A program made the translations under genes and the position numbers. Below are positions 54,638 through 62,643 of a stretch of DNA of 64,000 nt, one piece after another. Under the pieces are notes generated by a model. The model was not told where the DNA came from. It searched no databases and saw only the letters and a program-made list of their open reading frames with translations. Source of the DNA: Enterobacter phage ZX14; sequence record PP236086.1, one strand, 5' to 3'. Numbering within the stretch: position 1 is the first letter of the stretch; each line of letters begins with the position of its first letter.

Positions 54638-54912
54638 TTCAATTTACCTTTAGCTTTTGCATCATGGATTGCAGCAAGAATACCTGCATAGTTCTCTTGG
54701 TCACTTTTACGTACGATAGTCATACTATAAGGCATGCTATCACTATCTTTAATAAAACGTTCCAACTGACAAGTCAGAAGAATTTCAGGGTGGAACAGAG
54801 TATACATCAGATTGCCTGTAGCGCCACGGTATTGGCAAATTTCTACTGACTTGCCACCTTCCCACTGATTAGTTAGGACTAAATCGCCTACTTCAAGCTT
54901 TGGAAAACCCAT
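54634..54912 (-). CDS. hypothetical protein, 92 aa
   Basis: ORF after the promoter at 54925-54971. Confidence 0.4.
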   Translation of the reverse strand: MGFPKLEVGDLVLTNQWEGGKSVEICQYRGATGNLMYTLFHPEILLTCQLERFIKDSDSMPYSMTIVRKSDQENYAGILAAIHDAKAKGKLK

Positions 54913-54924
54913 TTCAATTTCCTC

Positions 54925-54971
54925 ATGTTGTCTGTAGGAGTATCATAACACGTCCTACAGACGTTGTAAAC
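54925..54971 (-). promoter_or_regulatory. early promoter embedded in inverted repeat (PeSL-like)
   Basis: GTTTAC (rc of 54966-54971). Perfect 10-bp IR gtctgtagga / tcctacagac. Confidence 0.55.
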
Positions 54972-54973
54972 AC

Positions 54974-55183
54974 TTAGCGGTTGTGCTTTAAAATCGAGTA
55001 CAAATTTTCGACCTGTGACGCATCTAGAACAATGCGATCGGGTCCTTGAGAAATAAGAATTGCCCCGGGCATAGATTTAAATGATTCAACAGTAGCATCC
55101 ATTGCTTTAGAAGCTTTAGGGTCTTCACGTATTAGATCAATTACACCATCGTCGGAACTACCAATTGGATCGTACAAACTCAT
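54974..55183 (-). CDS. hypothetical protein, 69 aa
   Basis: Small ORF. Confidence 0.3.
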   Translation of the reverse strand: MSLYDPIGSSDDGVIDLIREDPKASKAMDATVESFKSMPGAILISQGPDRIVLDASQVENLYSILKHNR

Positions 55184-55437
55184 CGCATGCTCCTATGCCA
55201 ACAATTACGTGGCTCACGTTTAAAAATGCTATCATTCATAGTTTGACATTTGATGCAATACATACATCCTTTTACTGCCAGACGACGAGCTTCAGGAATT
55301 TCCTCATCACACTCGTAACAGAACTCTAATGACTCACGATGATCATTAATCTGACTTCTTGCATGAACTACTGCAGCCTGTACGACCGCAGCAATTTCAT
55401 CTTGTTCAGCACCATCTTTAGCAAATCCGACGGCCAT
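55180..55437 (-). CDS. TraR/DksA-family C4 zinc-finger protein, 85 aa
   Basis: CYECDEEIPEARRLAVKGCMYCIKCQ matches the TraR/DksA C-terminal Cx2C-x17-Cx2C zinc finger. Confidence 0.55.
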   Translation of the reverse strand: MAVGFAKDGAEQDEIAAVVQAAVVHARSQINDHRESLEFCYECDEEIPEARRLAVKGCMYCIKCQTMNDSIFKREPRNCWHRSMR

Positions 55438-55670
55438 CAGAGCTCCGGGAAACTGTTCAAAAGATGTTTAAAGCGACGAAGTTCTTCAAGTTTCATTTCG
55501 CCGCCACCGAAAGAAGACATACCACTGAACTTAAAGGAAGCACCGATAGCACGTCCATTAAAAATGTCCATGGTAATTAAGGTATTGTCATGACCATTGT
55601 TGTACTCGATAGAACGAGTTACGCCGATATGCCCACCACCATGATTTACAATACGTTCAATAATTTCCAT
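55437..55670 (-). CDS. hypothetical protein, 77 aa
   Basis: Small Gly-rich ORF. Confidence 0.35.
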   Translation of the reverse strand: MEIIERIVNHGGGHIGVTRSIEYNNGHDNTLITMDIFNGRAIGASFKFSGMSSFGGGEMKLEELRRFKHLLNSFPEL

Positions 55671-55689
55671 CAGAACTTCTCCAGTTCGT

Positions 55690-55769
55690 TAGTGTAAGAA
55701 CATCTTAACATGTTCGAAAGAGTTTGTAAACACCTTCTTTAAATACCCGAAAGGGACCCGAAGGTCCCT
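55690..55769 (-). promoter_or_regulatory. terminator-promoter module, near-duplicate of 52040-52128
   Basis: Hairpin agggacccgaaggtccct (55752-55769) plus GTTTAC (rc of 55726-55731) with IR gaacat/atgttc over the -10. Confidence 0.45.
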
Positions 55770-56152
55770 TATTTCAATGAAAGCAAATACTTGGTTTGGT
55801 AGCAAACTCCGACTATATCGTCAAGAACACTATGAAGTGCTCTAGGAGTTTTATCGTAAATAGGCTCTGCGCATTTAATCATTTCGTCCATGAACTTAAT
55901 AGTATCTTTAGGCATTTGTGATGCACTCGGTAAAGAAGCAACATATGGTTTACCGGAGAAGCCTAAATATTGTTCACTGAATTTATCGATTAGGGGTTGT
56001 ATTTCAGCATAATAGAAATCGTAAGCTTTATGCCTGGCATAACTATCTGTTTCGAGATGTGCCGATTTAACATAAGCAGTAGAAGCCAATAACCAACCTA
56101 TGAATTGGTCTACCTCAGTTCCTTTTCCTTTTACGAAATCATTGAATTTCAT
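55769..56152 (-). CDS. hypothetical protein, 127 aa
   Basis: ORF. Confidence 0.4.
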   Translation of the reverse strand: MKFNDFVKGKGTEVDQFIGWLLASTAYVKSAHLETDSYARHKAYDFYYAEIQPLIDKFSEQYLGFSGKPYVASLPSASQMPKDTIKFMDEMIKCAEPIYDKTPRALHSVLDDIVGVCYQTKYLLSLK

Positions 56153-56441
56153 TGTCTAGTTTAACCTTATGCGTATATGCATACGCTTTTGCTGCAGAGC
56201 GTCCGTCGATTTCGCAAACTCCTGATAAACAAACTTCATTATTAGCTTTCCATCGGGAATTAACAAAGCTCAAGAATTTATTAGATTCTTTTACACTGGG
56301 TTCCTTAAATTGCTTATAGACACTTAAAGCTCCCTCGACGAATTTTGTATATTCGGCTTCATTTGATGCTGCAGAAGCGACTGGGGCCATAAAGACCCCG
56401 ATTAGTGTGAGTGGAAAACAAATCTTTTTAAGGTGGTCCAT
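56139..56441 (-). CDS. rI: RI antiholin (lysis inhibition)
   Basis: 100 aa with an N-terminal signal-anchor. CLSGVCEIDGRSAAKAYAYTHKVKL parallels T4 RI CSSDFECIERGAEMAQSYARIMNIKL. Upstream of tk, as in T4. Confidence 0.6.
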   Translation of the reverse strand: MDHLKKICFPLTLIGVFMAPVASAASNEAEYTKFVEGALSVYKQFKEPSVKESNKFLSFVNSRWKANNEVCLSGVCEIDGRSAAKAYAYTHKVKLDNEIQ

Positions 56442-56451
56442 AAGTGGACTC

Positions 56452-56670
56452 CTATCGATTTAAAATATTTTTCTTTGCTGTCAGAACAGCCTTAACTTGT
56501 TTGAGGTATTTTTCCAGTAAACGTTGGTGAGTATAATCAGCTTTGAACCCGTTTTCTTTGAAATCTTGTTTAGAGGCCCCAATCATAGTACCTAGTTCAC
56601 GACGGATTTCATCTAAAGATTCAATAGACAGATTACGTAATTGCTTTTCAGACAAATACTGCATATACAC
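56452..56670 (-). CDS. hypothetical protein, 72 aa
   Basis: Small ORF. Confidence 0.3.
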   Translation of the reverse strand: MYMQYLSEKQLRNLSIESLDEIRRELGTMIGASKQDFKENGFKADYTHQRLLEKYLKQVKAVLTAKKNILNR

Positions 56671-56726
56671 CTCTTTAGTTAGTTATATGTATTTATTAAA
56701 GTACAACATGTACCCTAAATTTTACT

Positions 56727-57095
56727 TTAGTCCCACAACATCAGGCAAAGACCTTTCTCGTATTTGCGAGCAGCCTTTTCGTCCCAGTTGTAATCAGTAT
56801 CGCTTCTCAGCGAGTGTTTGATTTCCATCTTGTGAAACACACGAGGAATTGGTGATGCATATTTACGCCAGCGAAGAGTTTTCCAGAACGAGTCACGATG
56901 ACGCTCAGCCATCAGTTTAGACAAGCGTTTTGGCTCTTCCATGTTTTCAGCAATATCGCGTTCGATATAAGCTTCGTTACGCGCTTTATTATCGCTTTGG
57001 TGTTTCTTTACATAAGCAAATGGATTGTTCTTTTGAGCGTGCCATTTAGCTGAAGTGGTTACGTGCCAACCCGCACGACGGATAGTTCTTGACAT
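56727..57095 (-). CDS. hypothetical basic protein, 122 aa
   Basis: ORF between tk and rI. Confidence 0.4.
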   Translation of the reverse strand: MSRTIRRAGWHVTTSAKWHAQKNNPFAYVKKHQSDNKARNEAYIERDIAENMEEPKRLSKLMAERHRDSFWKTLRWRKYASPIPRVFHKMEIKHSLRSDTDYNWDEKAARKYEKGLCLMLWD

Positions 57096-57283
57096 AATTA
57101 CCTCGAATAGTAGTTAAACTGCATATTCGATAGTAAAAACCAGATTTAAAGAATTTCATCCTAAAGTCACCTTACATTTGCATTTTGGACATTCGGCTTC
57201 TTTAACACGAAGCCGTTTAGTTTTGGTCTTTGGTGCAGTGTCATGATCGTAAACATGAAGACACCGATAACAAATTACTTGTT

Positions 57284-57862
57284 TCATACACCCACCAGTT
57301 CACACCAATGTTTTCTACACAGTGAGATATAACGGTCCTCACCACCCAATTCAACCTGAGCACCTTCAGTTACAGCAGAACCATCTTCTCTGACTCGTGC
57401 TACCATTGTAGCTTTACGTCCACAATGGCATACACCTTTGAGTTCGACTAATTTATCGGCTGCTGCAAGTAATGCTTTAGAACCTTCAAATAACTCACCA
57501 CGGAAATCAGTACGAAGCCCATAACACATTACAGGACAATTATACAAATCTACGATTTTGCATAACTGGAAAACCTGTTCAGATTCAAGGAACTGTGCTT
57601 CATCGACCATTACACAATGAATGTCACGTTGGACATGAGCCCATTTAAAGAACTCAAGCAAATCCATACCCGGGGTAATAATATTTGCTTCTTGTTTAAG
57701 GCCAATACGAGATACAATTTCAGTAGATGAATCTCTTGAATCAATCGAAGGTTTCATCACTAAAGTACCCATACCGCGTTCTTTATAGTTATTAGCATGT
57801 GAAAGCAAAGCCAGTGATTTACCGGCATTCATACTTGCATAATGAAAATAAAGTTGAGCCAT
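57284..57862 (-). CDS. tk: thymidine kinase
   Basis: 192 aa. P-loop AMNAGKS, VDEAQF, and the zinc ribbon CHCGRKA...CRKHW. Closely similar to T4 Tk. Confidence 0.9.
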   Translation of the reverse strand: MAQLYFHYASMNAGKSLALLSHANNYKERGMGTLVMKPSIDSRDSSTEIVSRIGLKQEANIITPGMDLLEFFKWAHVQRDIHCVMVDEAQFLESEQVFQLCKIVDLYNCPVMCYGLRTDFRGELFEGSKALLAAADKLVELKGVCHCGRKATMVARVREDGSAVTEGAQVELGGEDRYISLCRKHWCELVGV

Positions 57863-57871
57863 TATAAATCC

Positions 57872-58057
57872 TTAAGCCATAATGCTTTCTAAATATTGTT
57901 CAAGTTGTTCACGAAGATTATCGACTTCTTGTTCATCTTCTTCTTTACTTGAACGAGATGCAGACCAATTGGATTCAGACCATGTTGCTGCGGCCTGAGC
58001 AATACGCATCTCATCGGCTAACCAGAAAATGTGTTCTTTCTGTTCTTTAGTAATCAT
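57872..58057 (-). CDS. hypothetical protein, 61 aa
   Basis: Small ORF. Confidence 0.3.
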   Translation of the reverse strand: MITKEQKEHIFWLADEMRIAQAAATWSESNWSASRSSKEEDEQEVDNLREQLEQYLESIMA

Positions 58058-58232
58058 ATTCTATACCATCCATAGCAAGAATGTGTTTACGTTGCTTTTC
58101 AAGAGCAGCTTCAGCTTCTTCAAAAAGTTTCTGAGGGCCTTCTAAGCGTTGGTACATTACTTCTTGAGCTAAGTTAATAAGCTTATCAATTTGCTCTACA
58201 ATATAGCACTGTTCTTCATCAGATATGGTCAT
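58047..58232 (-). CDS. hypothetical protein, 61 aa
   Basis: Small ORF. Confidence 0.3.
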   Translation of the reverse strand: MTISDEEQCYIVEQIDKLINLAQEVMYQRLEGPQKLFEEAEAALEKQRKHILAMDGIEYDY

Positions 58233-58438
58233 TTTGGTTCTCCTGGTTCTACCCAGTCTGGAGTGAATTGGAAGAATCCTTCACCGCCATGATTCTTACA
58301 AGTTTTATTAGAACAATATAACCACCAGTCCCACATTTTGTATGGTAGTGTATTCATCAACTCGTCATTGCACAATGAGAACACAATTGGCCATTTACAA
58401 TCCTTACAACGAGATTTTTCTTTAATATGTGTCTGCAT
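58229..58438 (-). CDS. Cys-rich small protein, 69 aa
   Basis: CKDCKW...CSNKTCKNHG putative zinc-binding. Confidence 0.35.
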   Translation of the reverse strand: MQTHIKEKSRCKDCKWPIVFSLCNDELMNTLPYKMWDWWLYCSNKTCKNHGGEGFFQFTPDWVEPGEPK

Positions 58439-58908
58439 CAGTTACCGTCCCAATCTACAATAATGATATTCAGATTAGGAGTGAACATATCGATTAAGAC
58501 CGATACCTTTTCCCAATCACCACCGGCTATACCACAACCAATACGTGGCATATAAACTAATGGAGGAACAATTTTATTAGAACCCCATTCATTTAATTCT
58601 ATCATACAGTTTACTAAAGCACCATAATCAAGATTTGGACCCGGCTCGTATTGTGTATAAAGGTTAAAGCAATATACTTCGTTATCACCTGGCCCATGAA
58701 TCTTAGTTGCCTTAGTATAAGTACCAAGCTTATAAGAGTCGCCAAGCAAAGTATCTGCTTTGTCGATGGCCAGAATAGGAGGATAATATTTTGCTAGTTG
58801 CCCTGCTACTCCAGCACCCATAGAATGGAAACAGTTACAGCCATGAGCAACGTTATGCCCAGACTTGAACAATTCCACGATATTACCGGTGATGTATTTG
58901 GTAATCAT
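58438..58908 (-). CDS. macrodomain protein (TARG1/OARD1/DarG-like ADP-ribose hydrolase family), 156 aa
   Basis: ITGNIVELFKSGHNVAHGCNCFHSMGAGVAGQLAKYYP matches the OARD1-type macro signature (I.Y..GDLF......LAHCIS.D...GAGIA) and has a Gly-rich phosphate-binding loop (IGCGIAGGDW). Confidence 0.6.
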   Translation of the reverse strand: MITKYITGNIVELFKSGHNVAHGCNCFHSMGAGVAGQLAKYYPPILAIDKADTLLGDSYKLGTYTKATKIHGPGDNEVYCFNLYTQYEPGPNLDYGALVNCMIELNEWGSNKIVPPLVYMPRIGCGIAGGDWEKVSVLIDMFTPNLNIIIVDWDGN

Positions 58909-59273
58909 TTAGCGTTTAAACCTCTGTTATAAGCGTCGACTAATCGGTCGACCATAGACGTACACACGTCTTTAAATTGTGCATCGGATGGAATGCATTC
59001 TGTAGTCATTAATCGGTTTTCATATCTTTCAGACAAAGATTTCTCTCTGTATCGAGAACGGGCATCCATTTGCCCGTCTTTATATGAGCTCATAACCTGA
59101 TTACTGAATTCTAAAATACAATCCACATTTGATGGAGAACAATAATCTTTAGCTGTACGCTTTGCATAGTCCAATATATCTGTCATATTGGATTTAGTTA
59201 TTTCAATTTCAGAATTTGCTGATACTCCCACACTTAGTGTTAAACATACTGCCAAAGCTATTTGTTTTAACAT
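58905..59273 (-). CDS. secreted hypothetical protein, 122 aa
   Basis: N-terminal signal peptide (LAVCLTLSVGVSANS). Several Cys. Confidence 0.4.
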   Translation of the reverse strand: MLKQIALAVCLTLSVGVSANSEIEITKSNMTDILDYAKRTAKDYCSPSNVDCILEFSNQVMSSYKDGQMDARSRYREKSLSERYENRLMTTECIPSDAQFKDVCTSMVDRLVDAYNRGLNAK

Positions 59274-59825
59274 TTAATCCACCGTTTGATGTAGCATCCT
59301 TTTGGATTTAAGGTAATTTGCCTTAGCAAGAACCTGCGATGCATACTTATTCCCAGCTTTTACATTATTGCCTGCATTGTAAGAAGCAATGGCTTTCCTC
59401 ATATCACCATTATGCCGTTCTAGCCAATAAGATAATTCAATATAAGCCCAGGACGCACTATTTTTGCGATCCTTAACCATTTTGATTATCTCTTTATCTG
59501 ACATCTTCCAACCCACCTGCGCCATCCTATTACGTAGAGTAGGCAAGTAATTTTGGAACATGCCGTAAGCATGATGCTTATGCTTTTCTTCACCTGTATT
59601 TAAGCCTGCAGAACTTTCCTGCCAAGCCAAACCAGCCATTATGTAACCTAAACCGTTATTATCATAACGCTTCGATGGTTCTTTGAACTTACCCGACTTT
59701 TGGAACTGTTCACCGAACGCGTAAGCGTACTGCAAATTGTCAAGTTGTTCATTACTGAAAGTAGGCTCTACGCTATGGGCAGACATACTAACTGTCAATA
59801 GTAAAGTTGCTAATACTTTTTTCAT
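59274..59825 (-). CDS. secreted lytic-transglycosylase-like (SLT domain) protein, 183 aa
   Basis: Signal peptide. GLAWQESS (catalytic Glu-Ser context), YGMFQ, and ASYNAGNNVKAG (SLT AYNxG motif). Confidence 0.5.
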   Translation of the reverse strand: MKKVLATLLLTVSMSAHSVEPTFSNEQLDNLQYAYAFGEQFQKSGKFKEPSKRYDNNGLGYIMAGLAWQESSAGLNTGEEKHKHHAYGMFQNYLPTLRNRMAQVGWKMSDKEIIKMVKDRKNSASWAYIELSYWLERHNGDMRKAIASYNAGNNVKAGNKYASQVLAKANYLKSKRMLHQTVD

Positions 59826-59835
59826 GAATTCTCTC

Positions 59836-60294
59836 TTAGATTAAATCAATAACTTTTGTGCTAGTTTTTCCTTCAAGACGACGATTGTTGATGAAAGCCA
59901 TACGACAGCACAGAGATGGCATTTTGCCTGGCTGAGGACGGTCTACGGTCATACCTAACCACAGATTGCGGTCAGTGATTTCAAGACGAAGAGGGCGATA
60001 ATTGATACCAGGTTCTTTGTCTTCTTCAACATCAGGTAATGCCGGCATGTTAAGAAATTCTACAACTTCTTTAACATGATTATGAAGACGTTTGAATAGT
60101 GCAAAGACGTACTGCTCGTCAATTTCACGTTGAATAGCACGGTCCAAGAGGTGAGGGCTGTACTTAACGAAGAAGCGTTTTACGCCGGCTTCAGTACAGG
60201 ACGAGGCAATAGATTTGTTGATTTCGGCGAACTCAGTTTCGAAGATACGACGAAGTTTGTTGCGGCGAATGTAAACGCTTGAATCAATAGACAT
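59836..60294 (-). CDS. regB: RegB endoribonuclease
   Basis: 152 aa. VYIRRNKLRR.FE.EF..IN..I......AGV..F..KYS.HLLDRAIQREIDE.YVF matches T4 RegB. Confidence 0.85.
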   Translation of the reverse strand: MSIDSSVYIRRNKLRRIFETEFAEINKSIASSCTEAGVKRFFVKYSPHLLDRAIQREIDEQYVFALFKRLHNHVKEVVEFLNMPALPDVEEDKEPGINYRPLRLEITDRNLWLGMTVDRPQPGKMPSLCCRMAFINNRRLEGKTSTKVIDLI

Positions 60295-60297
60295 TTT

Positions 60298-60351
60298 GAT
60301 CTCCTTTTAGTGTGTAAGATGATAATAACACAACTAAAAGGAGATGTAAAC
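60298..60351 (-). promoter_or_regulatory. early promoter embedded in 11-bp perfect inverted repeat (PeSL-like)
   Basis: GTTTAC (rc of 60346-60351). IR ctccttttagt (60301-60311) / actaaaaggag (60333-60343). Drives regB. Confidence 0.55.
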
Positions 60352-60354
60352 TGC

Positions 60355-60564
60355 TTACTCTTGGAATGGAGTGAGCTTACCTGCGATTGAACAAATTTCA
60401 ACCAATGCAGGATAGAACTCTTTGACTTGTTCTAAACGTTGCTGAGCGTAAGCCATTTGACCTTCTTCGATACACGCTTCTTGGTCTTTCAGCAGATACT
60501 GATGATATGCTGTACAAGCATCTGAAATGGCGCTCTGGAAATCACGTAAACTTTCAATTTGCAT
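60355..60564 (-). CDS. hypothetical protein, 69 aa
   Basis: Small ORF. Confidence 0.3.
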   Translation of the reverse strand: MQIESLRDFQSAISDACTAYHQYLLKDQEACIEEGQMAYAQQRLEQVKEFYPALVEICSIAGKLTPFQE

Positions 60565-60827
60565 TAGTATTTCTCTTCAGGTCGGAAAACGGCGCGGCAT
60601 GCCCACATACTTGCTTCTTTAAGACGTTCTTTAGCAATATTCAATTGAGCTGCAGCAATAAGATCTTCATTGATTTGTCCATGGGTCTGGTCAACTTTAG
60701 TTGCAAGTGCTTCATCAAGCAAGGCATCGAGAATTAACCCAAGACGGACTTCGGCGTCTTTGATAGCGTTTACTTTACCGATTTTGTCTTCAGTATGTGG
60801 CTTATAGCCTTTGATATCTTCAATCAT
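60564..60827 (-). CDS. hypothetical protein, 87 aa
   Basis: Small ORF. Confidence 0.35.
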   Translation of the reverse strand: MIEDIKGYKPHTEDKIGKVNAIKDAEVRLGLILDALLDEALATKVDQTHGQINEDLIAAAQLNIAKERLKEASMWACRAVFRPEEKY

Positions 60828-61132
60828 GATTCAGCCTTTTTCAAATTAAAGGTTTGTCCGGTATTAGGAACCAAGAGCTGCATGGCTGAAAGCTGTTCAC
60901 CGTCAAAAACTTCTTTATCGGTTTCTTTGTCGTATTCGACTAGCTCAATAGGCTCATTAATTCCATAGCCACGAGTACCAATGTAAGTATTTACATCATC
61001 ATATTTGCATTCTTTGGCATTCCACCCAGAATCTGCCCAGGCTTCCATAAAGCCTTGTTCGCCACTATTGCTGAACCATGAACAAAATTCTTCAATAGCC
61101 TTTTTAGAGCCCTTGATTATAACTTGCGCCAT
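60824..61132 (-). CDS. hypothetical protein, 102 aa
   Basis: ORF. Confidence 0.4.
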   Translation of the reverse strand: MAQVIIKGSKKAIEEFCSWFSNSGEQGFMEAWADSGWNAKECKYDDVNTYIGTRGYGINEPIELVEYDKETDKEVFDGEQLSAMQLLVPNTGQTFNLKKAES

Positions 61133-61373
61133 TATAGCCGCCTTCTTTTACATAACGAACAGAGATGTCTAATTTGATTGGGTCCTTGAATACAGGAACA
61201 GCACGAATCAATTTACGGTCATAACAAATTAGACTGCGAGATACCAGGCCATAAAGCGGCCCAGCAACAAAAATAATTGGAATATCTGGTTTTGAATTCA
61301 GTTCTTCAAGAGTTGCTTCGGTTTCAATAACAGATTTCTTGAAAGGACCGTCCATAAACATATAACGCATCAT
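61104..61373 (-). CDS. hypothetical protein, 89 aa
   Basis: ORF. Confidence 0.4.
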   Translation of the reverse strand: MMRYMFMDGPFKKSVIETEATLEELNSKPDIPIIFVAGPLYGLVSRSLICYDRKLIRAVPVFKDPIKLDISVRYVKEGGYNGASYNQGL

Positions 61374-61897
61374 TGTATTCCTATCACAAAGAAAAGAGGC
61401 AGAGGTTTATTACCCTGACACATATAACGATTTACTAAATCTTGATATGCATTGTAGAACTTAGACATATCAGGAACTTTCATCGGCTCATCAATTATAA
61501 TCAAAAGGCGTGTAATTGATAATCCACGATATTTAGTAAAACCATCGTCAGACAAGAAACTTCGGATTGTATCACCAATAACAAAACCTTTATGGTCTCT
61601 ATCGATACAATGATTTGAATTGCACTTACGCTTGATTAAATCAACAAGTTCTCTGCTTTGAGATGAATTTGTACTTAATACAATTACATCATTACCGGCG
61701 TCACGCCATCGAGAAGCAAAATCGGCAGCTGCCGTTGATTTGCCTGTTTGACGACCGCCGTCAATACGAAGAGTTCCGAACTCTTGCATTTTGCCGACTG
61801 GGTCAACATAGTCCCAATCAGGACTATCTAAACGTTCTAATGCACGGTCTGTGAAAGCGTACATCATGGTTAGATAAACGGGTGTTAAATGTTTCAT
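61370..61897 (-). CDS. P-loop NTPase, ~176 aa (start MKHLTPVYL at 61897)
   Basis: Walker A IDGGRQTGKST and Walker B-like LLIIIDEP. The track's longer N-terminal extension is probably untranslated. Confidence 0.5.
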   Translation of the reverse strand: MKHLTPVYLTMMYAFTDRALERLDSPDWDYVDPVGKMQEFGTLRIDGGRQTGKSTAAADFASRWRDAGNDVIVLSTNSSQSRELVDLIKRKCNSNHCIDRDHKGFVIGDTIRSFLSDDGFTKYRGLSITRLLIIIDEPMKVPDMSKFYNAYQDLVNRYMCQGNKPLPLFFVIGIQ

Positions 61898-62068
61898 TTT
61901 ATTTCTCGGATTAGTGGGGCCATTCCTTGGCACATAATTCATCCGTGTTACACTATGTAAACCCCTTACCGCACTTGGGCTCGACCTTATTACAGGTAGG
62001 AAAAGGCCCATCACTCAGAGGACACGATGTTCATGAGGAGAGGGTGTGTCTGCCTTTATTAGGAAGGC

Positions 62069-62635
62069 TTAACGCGCCTTATTTGCTACTGCAAATGCGT
62101 ATTCTACGTTAGGGTCTTTGAACACACCTTTAGTAGTGTCCATATCAACCTTAAATCCACCGCGAGCCATTACACCACTGAATTCTTTACGGAAGTCGAA
62201 AGTGTCAAGACCAGCCCATTGGGATTTATGTTTAGCAAATTCCTGTCCAGCAAAGTTTGCTGCTTTAGCCAGTTTATTATCAATGACCCACTTGCCATTT
62301 TTAGGAACAAATGCAGGCCCTTTCTGTTTGGAGAAAAGCTTCAGATGTTCGCGACGGAGAGCCGTATCTGCTTTAACGAATGCTGGGTCTAGGTTACCAG
62401 CGACGATATCTTCGATGTCATTGAACTTAAGACCATCAACAGTGATATTCAAGTCATTACGCCAGCGAAGTCCTTCCCAAGCAAAAGCTTTGAAGTCTGA
62501 ACCTTTAGTAGCCAGATAACGTTCAATAGGAGCGGTTTTGGAATCGAAGCCATTTCCACCATAAGTCCATTCATCTTTATTGATGCCTTTAACACCAATA
62601 GTAGCTTCAGCAATAAACTCTTGATAAGTTTTCAT
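62069..62635 (-). CDS. internal (injected) protein with capsid targeting sequence, IPIII-like, 188 aa
   Basis: The N-terminus MKTYQEFIAEA is identical to the T4 IP/Alt capsid-targeting signal cleaved by the gp21 prohead protease. The size is similar to T4 IPIII. The body is not similar to T4. Confidence 0.6.
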   Translation of the reverse strand: MKTYQEFIAEATIGVKGINKDEWTYGGNGFDSKTAPIERYLATKGSDFKAFAWEGLRWRNDLNITVDGLKFNDIEDIVAGNLDPAFVKADTALRREHLKLFSKQKGPAFVPKNGKWVIDNKLAKAANFAGQEFAKHKSQWAGLDTFDFRKEFSGVMARGGFKVDMDTTKGVFKDPNVEYAFAVANKAR

Positions 62636-62643
62636 TTCAATCC

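Noticed and set aside
14389-55769. Recurrent short hairpins with cccgaagg cores checked as possible CRISPR repeats or miniature inverted-repeat elements
   Set aside because: Spacing is irregular (kilobases apart). Each sits directly after a stop codon and reads as a UUCG-tetraloop terminator on the minus-strand transcript. No repeat-spacer periodicity exists.
61370-62014. Long N-terminal extension (MMGLFLPVIRSSPSAVRG...) of the P-loop NTPase ORF
   Set aside because: The extension is low-complexity and covers a promoter-containing intergenic region. MKHLTPVYL at 61897 is the more plausible start.
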